64,000 nt of DNA from Candidatus Parcubacteria bacterium (lineage in GTDB: Bacteria; Patescibacteriota; Patescibacteriia; CAIXNZ01): positions 15,225-79,224 of the forward strand of contig JAPLYG010000008.1 of the NCBI GenBank assembly GCA_026395685.1. The letters are read 5' to 3'. Below are positions 29,877-37,746 of the stretch, in pieces. A program made the translations under genes and the position numbers. The notes below the pieces were generated by a model. It did no database searches and was not told where the DNA came from. It worked only from the letters and a program-made list of their open reading frames with translations. Position 1 is the stretch's first letter. Every line of letters begins with the position of its first letter.

Positions 29877-30590
29877 ATGAAGAAATTTTTCTACGGCATC
29901 GTAATTCTGATGATCATCGGCTTCGTGTTCCCGGCTCTGGCTGACAGCAATGTCCCGAGCAGGGAATCCAACACGCCGATGGCCTTCCCCACGAAACCGA
30001 CCGTCACCTGGGGAGCGAACAACTACCTGAACGTGGCTCTCCCCGAAAACCCGAGCGTTCCCCTGGTGTTCGGCTACAACGGGAATGGATTTCCCGGCGG
30101 CACCAACTGGCAGATCACGGAAAAGCAAAACTCGCCGAGCGAGCCCCTGCTTTTCACCGTGGAAGTCCAGCTTCCGGGCAGCGCCTACACCGGCCTGACC
30201 CCGAGCATGCTGATCAACACCAGCAAAGCGAACGAGGGCGAAAGATCCGGAATCAACCCCTGGTCTTCCGCCGCCGGCCTGCCTGACAAAGCGCAGTGCC
30301 GGGTCAAAGACGGTCGCTTCCAGTGTCGCTCCGGCTGGGCTGGACAATGGGAAGACGTCAAGATGCCCAATGCCAATTCCGAGGACATCGTCATCTACGA
30401 GCGCGACGTCCCCGACCCCGAGCATCCCAGCCGGGTCGGTGGCAAACTCTGGGTGATCTACAACACCAAGACTGGTGAGACCATCGTGATTTATCCCAAC
30501 ATCACGGGCCTCTACCGTACCATCCGATACGGATTTGCCGCAACCGGCGGAACCATTCTGCTGTGCTTCGTGGCTTTCTTTGTCATTTGA
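29877..30590 (+). CDS. GC-rich secreted protein with MKKFF signal peptide and C-terminal hydrophobic anchor (GG-TILLCFVAFFVI)
   Basis: SD AAGGAG 6 nt upstream; signal peptide MKKFFYGIVILMIIGFVFPALA; 39-nt gap from gene A suggests co-transcription. Confidence 0.65.
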   Translation: MKKFFYGIVILMIIGFVFPALADSNVPSRESNTPMAFPTKPTVTWGANNYLNVALPENPSVPLVFGYNGNGFPGGTNWQITEKQNSPSEPLLFTVEVQLPGSAYTGLTPSMLINTSKANEGERSGINPWSSAAGLPDKAQCRVKDGRFQCRSGWAGQWEDVKMPNANSEDIVIYERDVPDPEHPSRVGGKLWVIYNTKTGETIVIYPNITGLYRTIRYGFAATGGTILLCFVAFFVI

Positions 30591-30604
30591 ACACAAATGA
30601 ATAC

Positions 30605-30641
30605 AAGCCGAGTATGCCTTTAAGGCAGCTCGGCTTTTTTA
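30605..30641 (+). terminator. rho-independent terminator after gene B
   Basis: AAGCCGAG...CTCGGCTT + T6. Confidence 0.65.
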
Positions 30642-30651
30642 TTTCAATTTA

Positions 30652-30680
30652 TTGACAAAAGTTATAGAATCTGCTAATAT
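30652..30680 (+). promoter_or_regulatory. promoter P2 TTGACA-N17-(TG)CTAATAT
   Basis: Same architecture as P1/P4. Confidence 0.55.
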
Positions 30681-30768
30681 CTTATATTAAACTATAAATT
30701 ATAGTTACTACGTACATTTATAAAATTTTAACCCTAAACACTTCCCTACGGGGAGCAAAGGAGTCAAG

Positions 30769-31467
30769 ATGAAGAAATTCTTTGTGATCATGTTTTTGCT
30801 GGTAGTAGGCTTTACGGTCTTGGCTCAGGCCGAGCCGGCACAGCCTCCGCCTGCGAGCAACCAGCCGGGCGTACTGCCCAATGTTAATGTCATTGTCCCT
30901 CCCTACTTATGGATTGATAACTTTGTAACCGGGGAAAATGGCATTCTGGAACACCATGTTGCCAACCTGAGACTTATTCAGGAATGGCTGCGTGATAATC
31001 CCTCCGACATTGCTGCTTTGATCGGCATGGTCTCTGACCTGAAAATCAGAGGCTATTGCTACTACAATTATTCAACAGGCTTTTATAGTCTGAAGTACAA
31101 TCAAGCCGGCAGTACTGTCAATCAGGGAGATCGAGTCTGCCAGGAAGCCCTGTCGCTCAGCCGGGCAATTTCCATCCGCAACTGGTTGCTTACGCCGCAA
31201 AACTGGCTAAAAGACAAACAGGGCAATCCCATTAAAATTGATGAGTTCCGTATCAGAATCCTGGATGTGAAAGCTCTGGGATTACGCGGGGGCGGCAACT
31301 TTCCCAACCAGTCAGTCGCTGTCTGGATGCTGTCTTTTAATCAGGCAAAGCAAGGTCCTGGCATTCTGACGCTGACGCAGGGCCCTCCTGCGCCCGTGCC
31401 AACGCCCGAGATAGCTCCTCGCAGGCGACCCAAGACAACGATCTATACTCAGAAAATTGACCCTTGA
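30769..31467 (+). CDS. GC-rich secreted protein with MKKFF signal peptide, Pro-rich tail ending YTQKIDP
   Basis: SD AAAGGAG; signal peptide MKKFFVIMFLLVVGFTVLAQA; C-terminus shares TQxIDP with gene A. Confidence 0.7.
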   Translation: MKKFFVIMFLLVVGFTVLAQAEPAQPPPASNQPGVLPNVNVIVPPYLWIDNFVTGENGILEHHVANLRLIQEWLRDNPSDIAALIGMVSDLKIRGYCYYNYSTGFYSLKYNQAGSTVNQGDRVCQEALSLSRAISIRNWLLTPQNWLKDKQGNPIKIDEFRIRILDVKALGLRGGGNFPNQSVAVWMLSFNQAKQGPGILTLTQGPPAPVPTPEIAPRRRPKTTIYTQKIDP

Positions 31468-31477
31468 TTTAAAATCA

Positions 31478-31510
31478 ACCGGGCAGTGAGTTTTCACTCG
31501 CCCGGTTTTT
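31478..31510 (+). terminator. rho-independent terminator after gene C
   Basis: CCGGGCAGTGAG..TCACTCGCCCGG + T5. Confidence 0.6.
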
Positions 31511-31836
31511 CTTTTCTAAATATTTGCTAAAATATTATTCGCACGGTATATTGCAACTATATGATAGGTAAGTATGCTTTTTACATTCTAATTTTGGCTA
31601 ACTTAGGATAATCCCTTAAAATATTGACTTTTTATAAAGCAAATGATAAACTCCCATATCAAGTAAGAATAAGCTTTTTAAAAGAATTCATTTGTCTAAA
31701 TTGATTCTTTCAAGCAGCTTAAAAGCTGTTGAGAATAATAGGTTGAGTTTTTTCCATAAACCAAAAGTGTTTTGTTATTTCACAAAAATTCTCCCTCACG
31801 GGAGACTAGATTTCCCTGAAGGGAAAGGAGGATCAA

Positions 31837-33183
31837 GTGATGATCAGAAATAAGATGACCTTGCTCTTGCTTTGGATCAGTTTTTTTGCCATTGGCGCCT
31901 CCGGGCAGTTCAACTGCATTGACGGTGATGTGCACGAAGGTGATAAAAACTACTATGGCGATCGTGATCCTGACGGCGACGGTTATAATAACCGAGTTGA
32001 TTGCAGTGATCAGGATCCCAATCGTTGGGTATTCATCATTGCATATCCTGACCATGATGGTGACGCTATGCCTGAACAAGGCCCGACCATTAATATCTGC
32101 TCCGGCACTACAACTCATGCCCCTGCGGGCTGGACTTTCAATGACTCACCAATGGATCCCTGCCCCAATGATCCCGAGAACATCTGCGGGGTAACAGTTC
32201 CATTTTGCCAGCTCGCTGGCGTTGCCAATGGCCATACGACTACCCTAACTGCCACAGCTACTTACACCAATGGCTCCTTTGACCGAGTGATTTTCTACGC
32301 AGGAAATATGGTGGTCAAAACTGATACCACTCCAGCTGACGGCTGGACTGCTATCCTAACCAATGTCCCCAACGGTGTTTACACCTACCATGCCATTGCC
32401 TTTGCCACTGACGGCAATTCTGCCTTGTCTAACTTTGTTACCATTACCATCAATGACACTGGCGCTTGTATGCCGACACTGACCATCACATGGGCTTATG
32501 CCATTGCTCCTGAGAAAACCTACTATGGTGGCTGGTTTGGTTCTTGCTTTACCAGCATTTTCGGACAAGATCCCTGGTGGCAGTTTGGACCGTTTAGCAG
32601 CTGCCATGAATGCAGCCAATCCGGCGTAGTTTTTCCCGGTAGTTTGAATTTGGGCTTTTGCGAATTCAGTGGCACTGTGCCCAGAAGCCTGAACGAAAAT
32701 CCAACAGCGCCCTTTACCACCGATCGCGGTGATATTGTGGACTATTTCATTACCGGCTATCCTGACGGACACATTTATAATGGCTTGGCTCCTGGATCGC
32801 CGGCAGCTTACTTCGACAACTGTGCCAGTATTATTCAGCTCTCAGTAGCTCAGATAAATCATCCGTGGGGTGCCAACTATTTCATTGCCTTTACTGCCCC
32901 GCTGGCAGGTAATACGGCTAATATCTTCGTTACCTCGCCGATTGACTCTGATAGTGACGGCTGGATGAATGCTTGTCCTCCCAACACAACTTGTCAGGCG
33001 GATAACTGTATCCGTTTTGAAAATCAGACCCAGCTGGATTCAAACAGCGATGGAGTCGGTGATGCCTGTACTGCCAATCCTGACCCGAATTTTTGGGATC
33101 AAGATAATGACTGGTACTTGGACGGACCCAATGTTGCGGAATCTGATCGGGATCATTACCCGACTGATAGAACCCGGCATTAA
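31837..33183 (+). CDS. secreted Ca-binding protein with thrombospondin type-3-like Asp-rich repeats and Ig-like domain (paralog D, moderate GC3)
   Basis: Signal peptide; DPDGDGYNNRVDCSDQD, DSDSDGWMNACP, DSNSDGVGDAC motifs; SD AAGGAGG; ends PTDRTRH. Confidence 0.8.
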   Translation: MMIRNKMTLLLLWISFFAIGASGQFNCIDGDVHEGDKNYYGDRDPDGDGYNNRVDCSDQDPNRWVFIIAYPDHDGDAMPEQGPTINICSGTTTHAPAGWTFNDSPMDPCPNDPENICGVTVPFCQLAGVANGHTTTLTATATYTNGSFDRVIFYAGNMVVKTDTTPADGWTAILTNVPNGVYTYHAIAFATDGNSALSNFVTITINDTGACMPTLTITWAYAIAPEKTYYGGWFGSCFTSIFGQDPWWQFGPFSSCHECSQSGVVFPGSLNLGFCEFSGTVPRSLNENPTAPFTTDRGDIVDYFITGYPDGHIYNGLAPGSPAAYFDNCASIIQLSVAQINHPWGANYFIAFTAPLAGNTANIFVTSPIDSDSDGWMNACPPNTTCQADNCIRFENQTQLDSNSDGVGDACTANPDPNFWDQDNDWYLDGPNVAESDRDHYPTDRTRH

Positions 33184-33196
33184 ATTTTAACTATTA

Positions 33197-33237
33197 CGGG
33201 CTGCGACTTAGACACATCTAAGCCAGCCCGTTTTTTT
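33197..33237 (+). terminator. rho-independent terminator after paralog D
   Basis: CGGGCTG-CGACTTAGACACATCTAAG-CCAGCCCG + T7; near-identical copy after paralog E. Confidence 0.7.
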
Positions 33238-33385
33238 ATTGAAAAAAGATCTCCAAAAATTACATTTCTTACCCTTTTATCCCTGTCTGCGAAATTACCC
33301 ATAAATACGCCTAAAACCACATTTTTAAAATTGCTTATTTTAGCTAATTTTACCCTAATTCTAGCCAAAATAAAACATCAACCTC

Positions 33386-33414
33386 TTGACATTTGCAAAA
33401 AAATATGCTAATAT
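33386..33414 (+). promoter_or_regulatory. promoter P4 TTGACA-N17-(TG)CTAATAT for paralog E
   Basis: Same architecture as P1/P2. Confidence 0.55.
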
Positions 33415-33660
33415 ACCCTATTAAACTAATCTTAGATAAAAGCCGAATTTAAGCTATTAAAAAGAGTTATATAATAATTAATTCTTTTTAGCAGCTTAAT
33501 AAGCTGTTTTGGATATTTAGAGAAATAAAAGCATGGACTTTAACTCCTGCTTATTGACATAGATGGTTAAGCATTTTTGGATAAAGGAATTTGTTTTTTG
33601 ACAACACCCTACTCTCCCCCAAAGGAGACGATTTTCCCCGCGGGGGAAAAGGAGAATACC

Positions 33661-35001
33661 ATGAACGCGAAAAGACTTATTACGGTTCTTCTGGTTCTCG
33701 GCTGTTTGACTTCGACCATGGGTGCGACCTGCATCGACGGCGACCTCAACGAGGGCGACAAAACCGTCATCAACAAAAACGACCACGACAACATCGACAC
33801 TGACGGCGACGGCGTGCTCGACATCAACGACTGCGCCCCGCTCGACCCGAGCAAGTGGGCCGAGAAAGATGCCCGCCCCGACACTGACGGCGATAACCTG
33901 CCCGAAAATGGACCGGCAATGCAGGTCTGCAGTGGGAACACCACCCCTGCGCCTATTGGCTGGACCTGGGTGGCTTCGCCGCTCGATCCCTGCCCCAATG
34001 ACCCGCAGAACATCTGCGGTACGGTCAATCCGACCTGCCAGATCACAGCGGTGGCCAGCGGCCACACTGTGTCCCTCACGGCGACTGTCGCTTACACGAG
34101 CGGCACTATCGCCCGAGTGGAATTCTATAAGGGTATCACGCTGATCGGGACGGACAACACAGCCAGCAATGGCTGGAATCTGACCTGGACCAACGTGCCG
34201 AATGGGACCTACACGCTTCAGGCCATTGCGTTTGCCTCTGACGGCAAGACCGCAACCTCTAACGAGGTCACGGTTACCGTCAATGTCGGCGCTCCGACAT
34301 GCGTGCCCACGCTGGCAATTAGCTGGGGCTATAACATTCCCCAGAACACGACCTACTACAACTCGTGGTATGGATCCTGTTTCACCACCTTCGACGGCCA
34401 GGACCCCTGGTGGCAGTATGCGCCCTATGGCTACTGCCGCGAGTGCGCTCAGGCTGACGAAGTGTTTGCCGGAAGCTTCAACGAGGGTTTCTGTGATTTC
34501 AACAACACGGTTCCCAAAGTGCTTAACGGCAACCCGCTCGCTCCGTTCACCACGGATCGTGGCGACATCGTTGACTATGCCCTTGTCGGTTACACTGACG
34601 GGCATATGTACAACGGTCTGGCCCGCATGCCGACTGCGACCTTCAACAACTGCATTACTACGGTCAGTCTGCCTGTGGTCCCCGTGAACCAGGCCTGGGG
34701 TGCGAACTTCAGGGTGTATTTTACGGATGCGGTCGATCCGATTGATGGGGACACCATCAACGTGATCGTCAGCACGCCGATCGATTCCGACAACGACGGT
34801 TTCCCGAATGCCTGCCAGCCCGGCACCACGTGTCAGGCCGACAACTGCATTCGCTTCGAGAATCCCGAGCAGACCGACACCGACCATAACGGCGTCGGCG
34901 ATGCCTGCACGAACCATGCCAATCCGGACGAGAACGATCCGGACAATGACTGGTTCATGAATTTCGAAGACGCATTTCCGTATGATCGGACGCGTCATTA
35001 G
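33661..35001 (+). CDS. secreted Ca-binding TSP3-like repeat / Ig-like protein (paralog E, very high GC3); start at MNAKRL
   Basis: Internal ATG with SD GGAGA 5 nt upstream and a signal peptide right after; ORF-track extension to 33577 reads through the leader; long minus-strand ORF 33517..35034 is a GC artefact; ends PYDRTRH. Confidence 0.8.
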   Translation: MNAKRLITVLLVLGCLTSTMGATCIDGDLNEGDKTVINKNDHDNIDTDGDGVLDINDCAPLDPSKWAEKDARPDTDGDNLPENGPAMQVCSGNTTPAPIGWTWVASPLDPCPNDPQNICGTVNPTCQITAVASGHTVSLTATVAYTSGTIARVEFYKGITLIGTDNTASNGWNLTWTNVPNGTYTLQAIAFASDGKTATSNEVTVTVNVGAPTCVPTLAISWGYNIPQNTTYYNSWYGSCFTTFDGQDPWWQYAPYGYCRECAQADEVFAGSFNEGFCDFNNTVPKVLNGNPLAPFTTDRGDIVDYALVGYTDGHMYNGLARMPTATFNNCITTVSLPVVPVNQAWGANFRVYFTDAVDPIDGDTINVIVSTPIDSDNDGFPNACQPGTTCQADNCIRFENPEQTDTDHNGVGDACTNHANPDENDPDNDWFMNFEDAFPYDRTRH

Positions 35002-35014
35002 AACTTGACTACAA

Positions 35015-35056
35015 ACGGGTTGCGACTTAGACAAATCTAAGCCAGCCCGTTTTTTA
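35015..35056 (+). terminator. rho-independent terminator after paralog E
   Basis: Same CGACTTAGACA(A/C)ATCTAAGCCAGCCCG hairpin as after D. Confidence 0.7.
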
Positions 35057-35311
35057 TTTATACGAATATTATTTTATATACAACGAATGGCAGATTAATC
35101 ATCTTAATTAACCTTGCGCAGAGTATCCTTATAAAATGTAATAGGTGAAGCTTTATTATGCGAATATTATTTTTATACTGCGAATAACTGATTTTGAAAT
35201 ACTCTTCCAATTACCAATGCCTAATGCCCAATACCAAATTACAGTCTATTTACAGCCAGAGTATAATTAAGTAGAATTAATATATTGTATATACTGGTAA
35301 CCAATCAAACC

Positions 35312-35340
35312 TTGACAAAACGCTAAAATTATAGTAAAAT
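35312..35340 (+). promoter_or_regulatory. putative promoter TTGACA-N17-TAAAAT for rnpB
   Basis: Located ~35 nt upstream of the predicted RNase P RNA 5' end. Confidence 0.45.
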
Positions 35341-35371
35341 ATCCATATAACTGAACACTATTGTTCAGTAG

Positions 35372-35968
35372 CTAAATATCCAAACAAGCAGATGATCACC
35401 CCTCCGAAGCTTTAGCAAAGGAGGGGAGGAAAGTCCGGACTTTATGCCCTGCTCCGCACCGGAGATTCTAAATCCAAAAATCCTAAATCTTAAACATTTT
35501 TTAATTTTGTTATTTGAACATTTGAATTTGTTTGAAATTTGGTGCTTGAGATTTGGTGCTTCCGTTGCGGAGCAACGGTAAGGGTAACGGGTAACGCCCG
35601 CCCGTTTAATAGCAATATTAAATGAGGACCAGTGCCACAGAGACAATTCTAGCGAGTCCCGCTTTGCGGGGCGGGGTTGACTCGGCGGCTTATAAGCCGC
35701 CTCGCCAAAGGTGAAAAGTATCTCGATGTTTTTTGTTCTCGAGACAAAAGGCTACGAGAATCGGCCTCTGGCAACAGAGTGTCCGCGGTAAACTCTACCT
35801 AAAGCAAGGACAAACCCACCCCAGCGCAAGCAACGGTGGTGACAAGTAGTCCGCTAGAGCTCGGCAGCAATGCCCAGCCCAGATAGATGATCATCCTTCG
35901 ACAACCTCAGGATAATCTCCTGATAAGTCGAGGACAAAATCCGGCTTATAGTTTGTTTGGATATTCAG
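35372..35968 (+). ncRNA. rnpB: RNase P RNA (bacterial type A) with large AT-rich insertion
   Basis: GGAGGGGAGGAAAGUCCGG (P4), GGGUAACGCCCGCCC, GACCAGUGCCACAGAGAC, AAGGUGAAA, ACAAAAUCCGGCUUAUAG match universally conserved RNase P RNA regions in order; P1 pairing AUAUCCAAACAA/UUGUUUGGAUAU. Confidence 0.85.
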
Positions 35969-35999
35969 CTATAATTTTAAATTTATAAAATATTCTATT

Positions 36000-37454
36000 A
36001 TGTCTAATATGTCCGCCAGAGGCGGAAAAAAGACAGCGCTGATTTTTACTATAATTTTATTGCCTCTTGATTTCCTGATGCTGATTTTTGCATCGTTAAC
36101 AGCCTACTCTTTACGTGTCGGCTCTTTTGTTACTGAAATTAGGCCGGTTATCTACACTTTGCAATTTTCCGAGTATCTATTTTACAGCATTCTGGTTTCT
36201 TTAATCTGGCTTTTTATCTTTGCCTTTGCCGGATTATATAAAATCGAAAGGCGCAAATTTAATGATGAATTTGTTAAAATTATCCTGGCTTGTTCCACCG
36301 GCATTTTGGCAATTATCGTGGCTATTTTTTTAAAAAGAGAATTATTTTCTTCCCGCTTTATTATCCTGGCTGCCTGGGGCTTGAGTATTTTATATGTAAC
36401 TCTGGGCCGTTTAATTATTTCTCAAATTCAAAAATCACTTTTGAAAAAAGGAATTGGCGCAAGAAAAATCGTAATCATAGGCAATGACAAAAACACCAAG
36501 ATTATTGGCGAAGAGATTAAAAATCACGCTAAATTAGGCTACCAAATAATTAAAACTTTTCCCAGCTATAATGAAACTATTAAAACTGAGTTGTTGAAAC
36601 TGATTAGCCAGGGACAATTAGATGAGATTGTCCAGGCTGATCCAAACTTGGACCGCCAGGCTACTTCTGATCTAATTGATTTTACTGAAGCCCACCACAT
36701 TACTTTCAAATTTACTGCCGATATTTATCGCACCAAAACTTCGCGCCTGGAAATCGACACTCTGGCAGGCTTGCCCATTTTTGAAATTGCAAAAACCAAG
36801 CTTGAAGGCTGGGGCCGAATTTATAAGCGAATTTTTGATATTATAACCGCCCTTATTTTGATTATTATATTTTCACCTATATTAATTATTACCGCTATTG
36901 CCGTAAAATTAAATTCCCGCGGACCAATTATTTATAAAAATATCCGCGTCGGCCAGGACGGCAAGGAATTCAATCTTTTCAAATTCAGATCAATGTATTA
37001 TGAGTTTAGTACTGGTGTCGGTAATCCGGAACAGCAACAAAAAGCCTTGGCTATGGAAAAAGAACTGATTGCCAAACAAAATGTACGCGAAGGCGCCTTA
37101 TATAAAATTAAAAATGATCCCAGAATAACAAAAGTCGGAAAATTTACCAGAAAATGGAGCATTGATGAGCTGCCGCAATTTTTTAATGTTTTATTTGGAC
37201 AAATTAGCTTAGTCGGGCCGAGGCCTCATCAACCCCGCGAAGTTGCCAAATATACGCAATCTCAATTACGAACTCTAGACATCAAGCCCGGGGTAACTGG
37301 TCTGGCGCAAATTTCAGGACGATCTGATTTGGATTTTGACGAAGAAGCTAAGCTGGATATTTACTATATAGAAAACTGGTCGCTTTGGCTCGACATAATT
37401 ATTTTGCTCAGAACTCCAAAAGTCGTGCTTTCCCCAAAGCGCGAAGCGCTTTAA
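36000..37454 (+). CDS. polyprenyl-phosphate sugar phosphotransferase (WbaP/exopolysaccharide initiating enzyme family)
   Basis: Multi-TM N-terminus; C-terminal bacterial sugar transferase domain (KFRSM, DELPQFFNVLFGQISLVGPRP). Confidence 0.85.
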   Translation: MSNMSARGGKKTALIFTIILLPLDFLMLIFASLTAYSLRVGSFVTEIRPVIYTLQFSEYLFYSILVSLIWLFIFAFAGLYKIERRKFNDEFVKIILACSTGILAIIVAIFLKRELFSSRFIILAAWGLSILYVTLGRLIISQIQKSLLKKGIGARKIVIIGNDKNTKIIGEEIKNHAKLGYQIIKTFPSYNETIKTELLKLISQGQLDEIVQADPNLDRQATSDLIDFTEAHHITFKFTADIYRTKTSRLEIDTLAGLPIFEIAKTKLEGWGRIYKRIFDIITALILIIIFSPILIITAIAVKLNSRGPIIYKNIRVGQDGKEFNLFKFRSMYYEFSTGVGNPEQQQKALAMEKELIAKQNVREGALYKIKNDPRITKVGKFTRKWSIDELPQFFNVLFGQISLVGPRPHQPREVAKYTQSQLRTLDIKPGVTGLAQISGRSDLDFDEEAKLDIYYIENWSLWLDIIILLRTPKVVLSPKREAL

Positions 37455-37702
37455 TTTCAGTCCTTCATTTTTCAATTTCGACATTCGCCTGCCTACCGAA
37501 GCCTAATGAACGAAGACAGGTTACGTTCAACGTTTGACCTGCCTGCCGTCAGGCAGGCGAAAAACATTACGCCAAATAAAACCTGTAAACGAATAACCAA
37601 TTTAACAGCCAACAGCTGTTTTTTTGATTGTCCAAAAAACTTGATATTTATGCTAAAATAGTTTAAAATATGGTTATTATAGTATTAAATACCTTGGCCT
37701 TT

Positions 37703-37730
37703 CCCGCGTAGCGGGATGCCGCTTCGCGGC
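37703..37730 (+). repeat. tandem hairpin motif CCCGCGTAGCGGG + GCCGCTTCGCGGC in 5' UTR of GT4 gene
   Basis: Near-identical pair at 55276-55303 upstream of DUF4349 gene. Confidence 0.55.
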
Positions 37731-37746
37731 TCAGACTTCAATTCCT

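Noticed and set aside
28305-30596. Several long minus-strand or alternate-frame ORFs (28305..29132, 28679..29110, 29056..29823, 29844..30596) in the GC-rich block
   Set aside because: Artefacts of high GC; low-complexity Ser/Gly/Arg-rich translations; plus-strand genes have SDs, signal peptides and conserved termini
33577-33660. N-terminal extension of paralog E proposed by ORF track
   Set aside because: Extension reads through the conserved leader hairpins; internal ATG at 33661 has SD and is followed directly by a signal peptide matching paralog D
31837-35001. Diversity-generating retroelement targeting the D/E paralogs
   Set aside because: No reverse transcriptase or template repeat in the window; divergence is spread over whole genes, not confined to a C-terminal variable repeat
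33517-35034. 505-aa minus-strand ORF antisense to paralog E
   Set aside because: Runs antisense through a very GC-rich gene where stop codons are rare; no start signals; plus-strand gene has signal peptide, SD and paralog support
28000-35400. GC-rich block as chimeric assembly/contamination
   Set aside because: Intergenic regions inside the block are AT-rich and share the genome's TGCTAATAT promoter motif (also upstream of secG and elsewhere); cannot be fully excluded without reads
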